A stretch of 64,000 nt of DNA. Origin: Octopus vulgaris. Lineage: Eukaryota. The position numbers were made by a program, and so were the translations under genes. The first letter of the stretch is position 1; each line of letters opens with the position of its first letter. Location: assembly GCA_951406725.2 (NCBI GenBank), contig OX597815.1:135780001-135844000 (forward strand), read 5' to 3'. The notes beneath the pieces were generated by a model, which was not told the DNA's origin, made no database searches, and saw nothing but the letters and a program-made list of their open reading frames with translations. This document shows, piece by piece, positions 42,625 through 56,719 of this stretch.

Positions 42625-43042
42625 TATATATGCATATATTAATATATATATATATATATTAATATATATCTATCTATCTATATATATCTATCTATATATA
42701 TATATATAATCCAAACATGAAAACACAAAGAGAAAGCACAACTTGAGGACAAGCTGTGCGGGTAATTTCGGGCTGACTTTTGTAGTGGATTTGGTTGTCA
42801 GAAACCGAGAGAAACCCGTCGTACATATATGCGTGTGTATGTGCGTGTTGCTTGTCAACTGCATTTCGTGCGTTTATTTCTCCATAATCTAGCGTTTCGG
42901 GAAAGCAGTCTGTTAGATTAAGTACTAGGTTTATAAAATAATATGTCCTGGGGTCAATTAATTTGACTAAAATCGGTCAAGCCTGTGACCCCGCGTGGCC
43001 GCAGTCAAATGACTGAAGCAAGTAGATCTTAAAAATAACTTT

Positions 43043-43097
<55 letters not shown>

Positions 43098-43302
43098 ATA
43101 CACACACGCACACATATATAAATGTTTTCTTTTACTATATAAAACAATATATACATATGTGATATATACAATATATTCTGATATAGACTTATACATGTAA
43201 GTTTGTTCATACACACACTCACATGCATATATACACTCACATATTGACATGCATGTATTGATATATAGTCGCATTCATACATAAATACCTTCTTGTACAT
43301 AT

Positions 43303-43613
43303 ATCATCGTCATGCTCCCTTTTCAAGCCTAGCCAGGCTCATGGGCCTGTTTTCCCTGTTTCGGTAGCGTATGTGTTTACCACTAGCTGGACGGACGCCA
43401 GTCCATCGCAACTTTACTCAAGAAACAGGAAAAAAGAGTGAGAGAAAATTGTGGCGAAAGAATACAACAGGGGTTGCCACCACCCCCTGCTGGACCCTCG
43501 TGGAGCTTTTGATGTTTCCGCACAATAAGCAGACACAACGCCCGCTCTGGGAATCGAAACCGCAATCTCCGACCGCGAGTCTGCTGCCCTAACCACTGGG
43601 CAACTGCGCCTCC
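43303..43613 (-). mobile_element. SINE with family C head but a different 3' tail
   Basis: 43425-43613 matches the family C head/body; 43303-43420 is unrelated to the C tail. Confidence 0.8.
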
Positions 43614-43663
<50 letters not shown>

Positions 43664-43692
43664 GTATATATATATATACGTATATATATATG

Positions 43693-43726
<34 letters not shown>

Positions 43727-43810
43727 CATATATGTATATGTATGTATGTATATATGTATATGTATGTATGTATATATGTATATATATATGTATGTATGTA
43801 TATATGTATG

Positions 43811-43853
<43 letters not shown>

Positions 43854-43879
43854 AGAGAGAGAGAGAGAGAGAGAGAGAT

Positions 43880-44104
43880 ATTATATTAAATTAGAGACAA
43901 AACCACTATTAAACAAATCATGCAATGAAAAACTTAAGCCAATACATAATATTATTTAATTTATATTATTTAAATATATAACAAAATTATTTAAAAAATA
44001 TAATTAATATATCACTACGATCGTTTCATGGCTGTTAATTTCTTTAAATTTTCCAGTTACAGTCATTCATCACGTGGTTTAAATATTTATCTTGGCGAGG
44101 TTTA

Positions 44105-44108
<4 letters not shown>
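43880..44108 (-). mobile_element. Family H1 element with hammerhead motif (44011-44078)
   Basis: Minus strand: accac-GTGATGA-atgactgt...acagccat-GAAAC-GATC-GTA-gtgat; terminus shared with the 3171 element. Confidence 0.7.
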
Positions 44109-44164
<56 letters not shown>

Positions 44165-44281
44165 AGGGTAAATAATTTCTTCGATGGTTTTTCAGACAAC
44201 CAACAATTATTTACCGGTAGATTTCGGTATGTAAATATGACCATTAGCGGCGGGAACTTCTGTGAAGTTCAGTATCTATTG

Positions 44282-44435
44282 TATATAAGTAGAAGGGCAG
44301 GCAACATGTTGCTTTGCCGCATACCGAAAGAATTAGAAATGGCAGTCAGAGACTCTTTATAGAAATAAATAGTCTCTGACTGCTATTTCTAATTCTTTCG
44401 GTATGCGGCAAAGCAACCTGTTGCCTGCCCTTTTA

Positions 44436-44443
<8 letters not shown>
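44282..44443. repeat. Fold-back palindrome, 79-bp arms, 4-nt loop
   Basis: The arms differ at 4 positions by manual comparison; loop agaa at 44361-44364; ends in (TA)n. Confidence 0.96.
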
Positions 44444-44483
<40 letters not shown>

Positions 44484-44527
44484 TCAATAAATGGTGGGGT
44501 TGTGTTGACCGCACGTGGAGAAATGAT

Positions 44528-44712
44528 AAGTAAGGAAAAATTTTTTTTAAATGCAGAATGCTCAAATGAAAGAAAATTTTAATAAAATGAGAAAATGATA
44601 AAATATATAAATATATATTTATTCTATATTTATATATTTTATCATTTTCTCATTTTATTAAAATTTTCTTTCATTTGAGCATTCTGCATTTTTAAAAAAA
44701 TTTTTCCTTTCT

Positions 44713-44713
<1 letters not shown>
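44528..44713. repeat. Fold-back palindrome, arms about 88 bp (inner 67 bp perfect), 9-nt loop
   Basis: aaatgcagaatgctcaaatgaaag...aaatata / tatattt...ctttcatttgagcattctgcattt; ends in (TA)n. Confidence 0.96.
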
Positions 44714-44750
<37 letters not shown>

Positions 44751-44854
44751 AGCGAACGAAATGACGCTAAGCAATTTGCCCTGTGCAGTGACCATTCTGC
44801 GAGCTCACTTATGTATGCATTTACATATATCTTCATATGTACATGCATTATATA

Positions 44855-44903
<49 letters not shown>

Positions 44904-45448
44904 ATTCATATTTCTATATAATTTATATATATTTGAATATATATGTACTCACCTTCGCACACGCATGATATATTTTCAGTATATTTACACAAATCCACAT
45001 ACTAAGTATGTATCTACATACATACTTATATATTTCTAATATATAGCATTAATCAACTAAAATTATACATCGAAATAGTAAACAAACTCTCATTATTCAC
45101 TAATATATTCCATAATCTGAGACCATCACTTTCGCAACTCTCTCTATTTCATATAGACCCTACTGTGTGTTTATTTTATTATTATCATTTTTTTTTTTTT
45201 TGCATAATAATATTTATGAACATATTACTTTCAACAATATCCCCGGTACTGTATTCAGGCATCGCTGATTTAGGAATAACCAATATTTCAAATTCTCAAT
45301 TATCTGTAAATTAGGAGAGCAGTTGTTTATCTTGATGCTTTTACCTCCTGTGTTCGCATCCCTGTGAGGTACGCATTTTTTCTTCTTTCATTTTTTTTTT
45401 CTTTCCGTCCTCAAGAAGCTATTGTAATTGACTTTCTGCCAAAAAAGT

Positions 45449-45617
45449 GGTATTTCGTCTGTCTTTACGTTCTGAGTTCAAATTCCACCGAGGTCGACTT
45501 TGCCTTTCATCCTTTCGGGGTCGATAAATGAAGCACCAGTTGCGTACTGGGTCGATCTAATCGACTGCCATATCTCTCCAAAAATTTCGGTCTTTGTGCC
45601 TAGAGTAGAAAGGATTG

Positions 45618-45660
<43 letters not shown>

Positions 45661-46505
45661 AGGTCAAAGTAATCGACTAACCAAATTCAAAGATGTCTGC
45701 CTATGGTGGAAATAATTATAATCATCAATTATTATATTAGTGAGTTCATATCTTCTCAGACTGATTTTTACCATTCATTTTCTGGTTCAATTAAAGTGTA
45801 GTAACATTCAAGTACAGGAGAGAATGAAACCGATTCCTCCCCTCCCCACAAAATTACTGACCTTGTGCCTTAATCAGGAACCATTCTTACATATTACATT
45901 GGGTGGTGGTTTAGCAGCATCGGTAGACCATTATTTTCTCTTTTTATTCTTTTTTTTCTTTTTGCTGGGGCGCTTTACAGTTTGAGTTCAAAATTCGCTG
46001 AGATCAGTTCCGCCTTTCTTCTTTCTAGGGATCAATAAAATAAAATACCAATTAAGTACTGATGTCGCTGTGATATACTGCTTCCTCGTTCAAATTTTAG
46101 CTTGCCTTGTATCTCTATTATAAATCAATATTATTAAAGTTTATAAGGCGTCGAGCTGGTAATAACGTTAGCACGCCGGGCGAAATGCTTAGAGGTATTT
46201 CGTCTCTCTTTACCTTCTGAGTTCAATTTCCGCCGAGGTCGACTTTACTTTTCATCCTCTCGGGGCCGATGAATTAAGTACTAGTTGTGTATTGGAGTCG
46301 ATCTAATCGACTAGCCTCTCCTCCAAAATTTCGGGCTTTGTGGAATTTCATCAGTCCCTTTGTTCTGAGTTCAAATGCCGTCGGGGTCGATCTTGCCTTT
46401 CATCCTTTTGGGGCCAATAAAATAAATACCAGTTGAGCAGCGGGGTCGATATAATCGACTTAGTCCCTCCCCGGAAATTGCTGACCTTGTGCCAGATAAT
46501 GAAAC
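45449..46505 (+). mobile_element. Cluster of SINE family A copies and fragments
   Basis: Units at about 45449, 45980, 46146 and 46342. Confidence 0.85.
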
Positions 46506-48697
46506 CAATTACCATTTATTGAGTTTGTTATAGTGTAATTGAGGATAACAATTACATTTATGATTGTTGATGTACTTGCTGCTGGTAGTATTATTGTTCA
46601 AACCCAGGTCAGCCTCGAATGAACACATCTATCATCACAGCCGTTTACATATATATATATATATATAGTCCTGTAAAGGGTCTTCTCGCCGGGTATTAAT
46701 CTTTATACACTCTTATATAATTTATATATTCAAAAGATAGGATGTGATTTAAAGGAGATTTACCATTATTCCTAGTCAGCTGGACGACTATGTTGCAAGT
46801 TTGATGCATCTTTTGGCAGACATGGTACATGTTGGGTTAAATAAAGGCTATTTCAAGTGCTTAGCTTCGTATTTCTACGATCCGGATTCAAATCTTGACA
46901 ACGGGGATTTTAGTAATAGTACTAGTTGTAGTAATTGATGTTCGAGGGGGTGATGGTAAGTATCATTTGTTGTTTGTTTGGTGATGGTGGTGGTGGTGGT
47001 GGCGGCGGTATTAGGAGGTCGTGGATAAATTGTCAACGTTTACCGCTAGATCTGTGCCGATGGAGCGAGTAGACCTAGTATCAAAAGGCGTTCCAGTCGT
47101 GACCTTCACATCTCTTTGTTCGACGACTGTGGAATGTATTTGAAGGAATTCGATTGATCTTCCAAATAGATCAAATGACCATATCGAACATTCCTTCGTT
47201 CTGGCAATGGGCCTCTGTCTTTATATATACGTTTGTGTATGTGTATGTGTGTGTGTCTGTGGGACAAGGAGTCATTCTCAATTTTTTATTTTTTTATTTC
47301 AAAATTGTTTAACGAAGCTTGTGGGTTATTTGGCTATTTTTCCATGTTAAATGCCAGAGTAACCTATTCTTTTGTTTGTAGTTGTTGGTGGTGCTGGTAA
47401 CAGCAGTAGCTATAGTTGTTGTAAGCATTGGCCACTAGTGTCTTTGTTTGTTATTACTGGTGTTCATAGCTTACAGTTATATTTACTGTTTATTTATGTG
47501 TAGTATTGAAGTTGTTTGTTGTAGTTAACTCCAGATCAACTCTAATTGAACAGACTTATGATAACAATGTCCTCCAGACTTGACAATGCTGACATTTTTA
47601 GGGGCTGTCTAGAACTATTGTTATTGAATGTGAGATTTTCTTTTTTAAGACGGCACTGCGTAAATATGAAGGAAATTTGACTGCTATTTCCAACAGGTAA
47701 ATTGACCGTGTTGCAGATGTGATTACTCTTCTTTGTGCTATTTGTTATATTGTAATTATTCTTGATTTTATTGTTGTTATTGTTGTTGTGACTTTTGCAA
47801 CTGTTAGTGTTGTTGTAGTTACTATTAAGAATGACGATGATAATGAAAAGGAGGATATTGTTATGACTGTTCTGGAAGTTATTGCGCTTCCTGCTTGTTG
47901 TTAATTGTGATGGCGGTAAAGATTAGAGGTCTTTCATATTTGTTATTGTTCCACTCACATAATCGTGGTGGCTGTCATCGGAGTCGCCGTTGTTTTTATT
48001 GTCAATGATGATGCTGATGATGATGATGTTTGTTGTTCGTGACCCAGCAGATAAACTCTAATCGATCAAATCTATGATTCATAGCATTCCATCTACTGTC
48101 AGCTCCTCTTTGAAGGGTTATAGAACTTAGTCTAGTATAGATATTACTATCTAAGGCTATTCGATATGATTTAAGATTTGGCTGCTATGTCTAGCAGGTT
48201 GACAGAACATAGGAAGGGTCCCTAACTTGATTTGTATTGTCCTTATTTAAAATTTAACAAACATTGAACAAAGAGTCCTGCAACCAAAATCAGAATGACT
48301 TTTATCGATAACATTATAAAATGGAATCTTCCATGCTTAATGATTCGGTATTATCGGAAGATTTGGCTGCTGCTTCTTGAAAGACAGGAGACTGTTTATT
48401 AGCTCCTTGCTTTTGTTTTGTGCTGTTACTGGTAGTGGAGTAAGAGGTAAGAGTGATCATTCTGACCTTCGTAGTTATCATGCCGTTGGCGATACTGACG
48501 CTAAATATTGTAAATGCTTTGTCTGTTAGAGATAAATTTGCTTCTATATTTTCATTGAGCTTTGAGATCGGTTGGCGTTGCATTTATATTGGAGCGATAT
48601 GTTTCTTAACTCTCTTGTATTTTATACGCATATATCCAGAGAACATATATGTGTGTGGTATAAAAAGGAACAGGATAAAAATGAACTCAAAACATGA

Positions 48698-48737
<40 letters not shown>

Positions 48738-48849
48738 CTATGCCTAGCCAGCAGAAGTTACAAAGTAACACAAGGGCTGATAAGTAAGACAAGCATGATA
48801 AGTACGTTAGGTATTAACAAACACACACACACATACATACATACATATG

Positions 48850-49187
48850 TGAAGGGCCCCCCATGACTCAGCGGTTAGAGCTTCGAGCTTACGATCGTGA
48901 GGTTGTGAGCTCGAATCCCGGACCGGGCTGCGTGTTGTGTTCTTGAGCAAGACACTTTATTTCACGTTGCTCCAGTTCACTCAGCTGTAGAAATGAGTTG
49001 CAACGTCACAGGTGCCAAGCTCTATCGGCCTTTCCCTTGGATAACACTGGTGGCGTGCAGAGGGGAGGCCGGCATGCATGGGCAACTGCTGGTCTTCCAT
49101 AAAAAACAACCTTGCCCGCACTTGTGCCTGAGAGGCAAACTTTCTAGGTGCAATCCCATGGTCAGTCACGACCGAAAGGGGTCTCAG
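48850..49187 (+). mobile_element. tRNA-derived SINE sharing the family D head and central domain, with a different tail
   Basis: gactcagcggttagagc...gagctcgaatccc...cttgagcaagacactttatttcacgttgctccag, then a divergent 3' part. Confidence 0.8.
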
Positions 49188-49217
49188 ACATACATATATA
49201 TGCATATATATAAATGT

Positions 49218-49250
49218 ACTAGACTGTTACCCTTGTTATGACGGGTAAAC
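49218..49250 (-). mobile_element. Possible Helitron-type terminus (hairpin plus CTAG)
   Basis: Minus strand ttaccc-gtcataacaa-gggtaa-cagt-CTAG-t; the other end was not found. Confidence 0.45.
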
Positions 49251-49736
49251 TTAGAATTAAACTTTCGCTACGGGTTTTTCACTTCAATGAATTTCGATTT
49301 GGGGGGGGGCGCCACTTTGCTGGCCATTCTTCCTTCCATAAGTAAAGAGATTATAGGTCCCTGGCTAGTAGGTTTGTTTAGCTAGCTATATTGCAAAAAC
49401 CAATAATAAACCTGAAACCAATACCAACTTTTTGACCGGCCACAAATGCACACATGTGGCTATGTAATTCTACTTAATCTTTACCTCTACTAAGAATTGT
49501 TTCTCAAGTTTATCCTTCTAAATATGTGTAGCGATATCTCTAAATGCGTATGTGATTATGTATGTGTCTGTCTGTGCGCATGCGTGTGCGAGCATGTGTC
49601 ATGTATTTGGTATCTAACCATTACATAGATTCCATCTTCTTTTACGCTACCCTAACCAAGGCCTGTCAGTTTCTGTATTTCTTTATCGACTTCGATTACA
49701 TTAACGCTCACTATTTTTCTTTTGCTCTCCCCACCC

Positions 49737-49789
<53 letters not shown>

Positions 49790-49971
49790 CATTGTGACTG
49801 AAGCATGACTGATGAAATCATCTGGCCAACCAACATTTACATCGACTATTATATGGAAAGACAAAATTTCATCAACACTGTCAGCATCATTTAACGTCAA
49901 CTTTCCATGTTTGTTGGGTTGGAGTAAGTACACACATACGTATATACATATATATAGAGAGAGAGATAGAG

Positions 49972-50008
<37 letters not shown>

Positions 50009-50255
50009 TAGAGAGAGAGAGATGAGAGAGGCAATTATGAGTGGAGACTTACAGACGATGAATACTAAAGTATAAATATATAGATATTATATTGATATAC
50101 CCAACTTACACAGAGTACAAACAACAGATCCCTCTTATAGCCATTCTTTACCCTGCGGAACTGATCCCCAGTAAAGACATCAGAGTCTGAGCTTGAATCA
50201 TTTGAGCAGTACTGTCTTCTATACTGAGAATCTCTGGATCTTGTCTATGAATGAC

Positions 50256-50302
<47 letters not shown>

Positions 50303-50335
50303 CATACATACACATTTATGTACATACATACATAC

Positions 50336-50378
<43 letters not shown>

Positions 50379-50403
50379 CATACATACATACATACATACA
50401 TAC

Positions 50404-50454
<51 letters not shown>

Positions 50455-50455
<1 letters not shown>

Positions 50456-50779
50456 TCGGCCCCCGGTGCCGGTGGCACGTAAAAAGCACCATCCGATTGT
50501 GGCCGTTGCCAGCCTCGCCTGGCCCCCGTGCCGGTGGCACGTAAAAGGCACCATCCGTCCGTGGCCGTTTGCCAGCTCCGTCTGGCACCTGTGCCAGTGG
50601 CACGTAAAAAGCACCCACTACACTCACGGAGTGGTTGGCGTTAGGAAAGGCATCCAGCCATAGAAACACTGCCAGATCAGACTGGGTCTGATGCAGCCTT
50701 CTGGCTTCACAGACACTAGTTGAACCGTCCAACCCATGCTAGCATGGAAAGCGGACGCTAAATGATGATGATGATGATG

Positions 50780-50785
<6 letters not shown>
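50455..50785 (+). mobile_element. 5'-truncated SINE-like element (family E) with internal triplication and (ATG)n tail
   Basis: Three copies of gtgcc(g/a)gtggcacgtaaaa(a/g)gcacc, then ggttggcgttaggaaaggcatccagcc and ggacgctaaatgatgatg. Confidence 0.8.
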
Positions 50786-50861
<76 letters not shown>

Positions 50862-50916
50862 CATACATATATATATATATATACATACATATATATATAC
50901 ACATACATACATACAT

Positions 50917-50951
<35 letters not shown>

Positions 50952-50970
50952 CATAATATATACATATACA

Positions 50971-51012
<42 letters not shown>

Positions 51013-51060
51013 ATATAAATTAGGGAGAAAGAGAGGGAGACAAACTGACAGGTGGATAGC

Positions 51061-51132
<72 letters not shown>

Positions 51133-51466
51133 CGTATACTCAAATGCACACATATTTACATGTGCGTATATTGTGCATATATTCCTGTATATGTATGTGT
51201 GTGCAGATATAGTACTCTACGTGCGTGTGTGTGTTATATTTATAAATATGAGAGACAGACTGGCAGGCAGAAAAACAAGCAGTGAATTATTGTACAAGAC
51301 GGTGCACTAGCTTGGCTGCAGTCTACTGACTGAAACAAGTAAAAGACATATATGAACACACACAAACGCTCGCACTCACGCGTGTGTGTGAGTGGGGGGT
51401 AGTGTATGTATAAATATGCACTTATATAAAAAGTAATACAAATACATACTGTACTTACTTATATAG

Positions 51467-51508
<42 letters not shown>

Positions 51509-51540
51509 TTAGATACACACACACACACACACACACGCAT

Positions 51541-51746
51541 ATAGATCGCCATGTTGATTCGCTAGCCTCTGCACGCATTTTTTCTCTCCTTGTTTCTTTC
51601 TGTGTTTCTTTTCTGTGTATCTTTCTGTTGAAGAGCGTAGGCTCGAAACGTAAAAGACTTGTTTTATTTATATTCCTGAGCGCCATACTAATACCATTGT
51701 TTGTTTGTATTCCACCTGCCTTCGTCTTCTGTTTATTTTCATAAAG

Positions 51747-51753
<7 letters not shown>
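51541..51753 (+). mobile_element. Microsatellite-flanked short element with minimal hammerhead motif (H2-related)
   Basis: HHR at 51620-51657: tcttt-CTGTTGA-a-GAGC-gtag-GCTC-GAAA-cg-TA-aaaga; downstream ttcctgagcgcc..taatac..ttccacc resembles H2. Confidence 0.75.
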
Positions 51754-51824
<71 letters not shown>

Positions 51825-51879
51825 ATGTATGTATGTATGTATGTATGTATGTATGAATGTATGTATGTATGTATATATA

Positions 51880-52323
<444 letters not shown>

Positions 52324-52363
52324 CAATATATATATATATATATACATACATACACACATATGT

Positions 52364-52677
52364 GAAGCCGCGTGGCTTAGTAGTTAGGGGAATTCGGCTC
52401 ACGATTGTAAAGTCGCGAGTTCGATTCCCGGCGACGTGTTGTGTCAAGACACTTTATTTCACGTTGCTCCAGTCCACTCAGCTGGCAAAAATGAGTTGTA
52501 CCTGTATTTCAAAGGGCCGACCATGTCACACTCTGTGTCACGCTGAATCTCCTTGAGAACTGCGTTAGGGGTACGCGTGTCTGTGGATTGCTCAGTCACT
52601 TGCACGATAATTTCACGAGCAGTCTGTTCCGATGATTGTATCAGCTGGGACCCTCGTTATCATAACCGACGGAGTGC
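52364..52677 (+). mobile_element. SINE family D, full copy
   Basis: A-box tggcttagtagtt, B-box gagttcgattccc. Confidence 0.88.
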
Positions 52678-52681
52678 GCCT

Positions 52682-52712
<31 letters not shown>

Positions 52713-53419
52713 TAAACTAGAATAAACTACCAGCGTTGGTGCCCCAGCATGGCCGCGGCCTTCGGGCTAAAACATTTTTAAGGATTAGTCACCAATAGTT
52801 CAAGGTACCCGAAAAAAACGCGTATCTCCGTAGCTCGTAGTCCGATTTACGCGAAACTTCTTTTATTCCGTTTTCATAAAAGCATCCGATTCATTATGCC
52901 TCCTGCTTTTATCTATTTCGCTCTGTTTCGCCAGACGCTCAGCCCTTGCTTTGTAAGTCTCGTCGATGCTTCTATTCGCATGTCTGTCCCAATCTTGAGT
53001 AAATATTTCGTAAAGAACCGGTTTGTACAGGTATTTTCGTGTGCATTATCCGTATCTCATCTCGAACCCCGCCGTATGCTACTTTCTTCCGAAAAAGAAA
53101 AGGGGCAGGGTGGTTTTCACCTCAGAGTTTCCCGGGAAAATCAGAATTTTGTTTCGCGGTTTTTTTTTCTTTCCCAGGTTATTTCGCATGCTTTCAAAGA
53201 ATGCAACATCGAAATCACACATAAACTGATCCTTTCCCCAGAGAAGGAAAGATTTGGCTGCTATTTCTAGCACACCCTGCTACCAAGTGACAAATATTTC
53301 ATGTCCCTTATAGCAAATAGCTATATATATATATATATTAATTAATTTATTTATTTGTTTATTTACATTCCCTATCCGAGTCGATTCTTTTCAAGAGTTT
53401 GCAAACCAGACGGCCATAG

Positions 53420-53570
<151 letters not shown>

Positions 53571-53708
53571 AAACCGTCTTTTCCTTGTTTCTCTCTTTCT
53601 ATTTCTTCTCTCTAAACACACATACACACACACACTCTTTCTTATTTTCGTTACTTCTCTCTATCACACCGTCTTTCTTCTCTCAGCCCCTCAATCTCCG
53701 TAGATATA

Positions 53709-53761
<53 letters not shown>

Positions 53762-53916
53762 GATAAGAGGAAAAAATCTATCAGAAAGGAACTCTATCTC
53801 TCTTTAAAAATATCTTTTGATAAGCATAACAAATGCGCAACCGGTAAAAAGAACTTTCACCTAATTAAATTACTTAAATTACTTAAATTATTTTGTCAGC
53901 ATTTTCTTCATATTCC

Positions 53917-53947
<31 letters not shown>

Positions 53948-54347
53948 ATAGAGATATCCGTGTATTCGCTTTCACGCGAAAACGGCTTCACCAATTGCTT
54001 CCATACTTATGATTAATTTGACCTCGGACAAAAGTTGGCTTTTCATTTGATTTTTTTTTATTAAAAATAAATAATATTGCTTTATATTTATGATTCACTT
54101 CTTTAAAAAGGTTTCCCAATACCAACTTCCAGTATTGACGTAGCAACGGCAAAAACCTTCACACTCTATTTTGACATTTTCATTCCAAATTTAAATTCAC
54201 TATTTGAAAACAACTACGATAAATTATTGAAAGAAATATTTACTAAATTCAAAAATTTAAACATTCCGTACAAGAGCTTTTATTTCTACTTTTTCATTTC
54301 ATGCTAATTTCATTCATTTTTCGCAATATTCTCTCTCACCCACTCTC

Positions 54348-54389
<42 letters not shown>

Positions 54390-54674
54390 GTCAGTCACAC
54401 ACGTACACGCGTGTATTTTGTAAGTACGTTTGTGTGTTTGTGTGTGAGAGAGAGTTAGTGAGTCAAGGAGTGTGTTGTGATGTATACGTACATACATAAA
54501 TACATATGCATACATCTTTTCTGTATGTATGTGTGCATGTGTGTGAGCGAGAGACAGAGAGAGAGTGTGATGTCTAAGTGGCATTCACTCTCTCTCTCTC
54601 ACTCTCTTCCATACACACACAAAAGATGTATGCATATTTATGTATGTACGTATACATGACAACACACTCCTTCA

Positions 54675-54710
<36 letters not shown>

Positions 54711-54880
54711 AACACACACACGTCCATTTCATCTGATGTATGATACTGTATATATGTGTGTGCGTTCGTGGGGCATTCCACGATCGCCATTTATTTCAAT
54801 TACTCTTGTGAAGATATTCACGTAACTCATTTTTTCATTTAATCCTCATTTTAATTTTCGAACAAGTTTCTGAAAACAAA

Positions 54881-54949
<69 letters not shown>

Positions 54950-54959
54950 AAGAGGAGTC

Positions 54960-55948
54960 AGGGTAGATGTAGATGATCAGTATTCTACAATGAAGCAAAG
55001 ACGAGTACAGTTAGCCAGAGTCAATGTTGGCTTCTGCAACTCTATTAACTCTATCAAGTGTGTTTGCAGATATATAAACAAAGGTTCAGATACTGTAAAA
55101 TACACTCTAATGCAGAATGGCAGTCAACTGATAAATAAAAATTGAGATGCACAGTATGACAGTAACAATGTGGCTTTTTGGCGCATCTTCAATTTTCCCA
55201 TTCATGAGAGACACCCAGCCATCATTCGTCTGAGTGAACATCTATAGAATGACCAACATCACTGCCTTTTTAAAATTGTGTGAAGTAGATGAAAATGCAA
55301 GAAAACTCATTTGCCCGCAATTGCCCAAGTGTTACACCTGGAGAAACAATAAATGGCACCAGAGGAAATGTGGGACTGATGGTCTTGCAACAGTTTACAG
55401 TGTCCCCTAAGCCATGCAGAATGGTACTACCTACGCCTTATTTTGCGTGAAGTACGTAGTCCCTTATCATTCCAAGATTCGATGAGGGTAGATGGTTATG
55501 TGTATGAAACTTATAGGGAAGCATGCTTTCAAGAAGGTGTTTTTTTTTACTTTTTTAGAAAAATATGAACATTGGGACAATGCATTGACTGAAGCCTACA
55601 AAGATTCTCCGTAATCTTTTTTGCAATTATACTGAACTTGTGTCAACTTGGCTGTCTCCTACAACTTTGGATGAAACATCATGAGAATATGGCTGAATAC
55701 TTAGAATATGTAGTTCAACAGGCAAACCCAGATATCAACATTCAGTTCTCTGAAACAATTTTGAGGATCAAATTTTAGCCATGCTAGGCAAAAATTTGGT
55801 AGAGTCTGGCTCTGGACGGCCAAAAACAAACTGTCAAATTAGCCACATAGCAAGAAAGATAAATTATGACATCACAGACTTGGTTGTATTTGTGAATGAA
55901 CATGAACCTAAACTTCTTCCAGAACAACACTGTGCATATGATATGATT

Positions 55949-55979
<31 letters not shown>

Positions 55980-55987
55980 TTTGCTTG

Positions 55988-56020
<33 letters not shown>

Positions 56021-56152
56021 TCAGAATTGATTTCCCACTTGAAGAATAAATTCAATTTAGAATAACAAATTTCTATAAAGCATATTTTGCTTTTTTCTTC
56101 TAATATATAAGGAACAACTTCATTCCCGGACAACGCCGGGTGCCTCTACTTG
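54960..56152 (+). mobile_element. Decayed, internally deleted Helitron (Rep region) with 3' terminus
   Basis: NVGFCNSINSIKCVCRYINKGSD and AFWRIFNFPIHERHPAIIRLSEHL; terminal hairpin cccgg-acaacg-ccggg followed by CTTG|T (CTRR variant). Confidence 0.85.
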
Positions 56153-56158
56153 TATATA

Positions 56159-56211
<53 letters not shown>

Positions 56212-56329
56212 TATATATGTGTGTATACACTTTTTCTCTCTCCTCTCTATTTTTTCACTTCTCTCCAACACACAGTCTTTCTTCTCTCAACCCCTCAATC
56301 TCCCTAAATATGATATATGATATATATGC

Positions 56330-56363
<34 letters not shown>

Positions 56364-56613
56364 ATGTGTGTGAGCAAGCAAGATATTCGAATGTTTACAT
56401 TCGGAATAAGATGTTACTCTTGTTAAAATCATCTGTGGCGAATAATTTTAATGGATAATATTAACAGCAGTAATAGACACACTCTTTCTCTCTTCTCTCT
56501 TTTTTCACTTCTCTCCATCATGCCTCTTTCGTTGTCGCTTCACTTCTCTTCATCTCAACCTCTTCTTCTTTCTTCTCTCAACCTCTCAACCTTCCTAAAT
56601 ATATACACACATA

Positions 56614-56666
<53 letters not shown>

Positions 56667-56719
56667 TTTCTTTTTCCATTTCTTCACTACCCATTATCAC
56701 ATCGTTAAAAAATCCACAA

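Noticed and set aside
48314-48583. 89-aa non-repetitive ORF
   Set aside because: Overlaps a family F motif (gatttggctgctgcttct); no protein homology recognised.
52364-52430. tRNA gene
   Set aside because: A and B boxes are present, but it is the head of a multicopy SINE; no complete cloverleaf verified.
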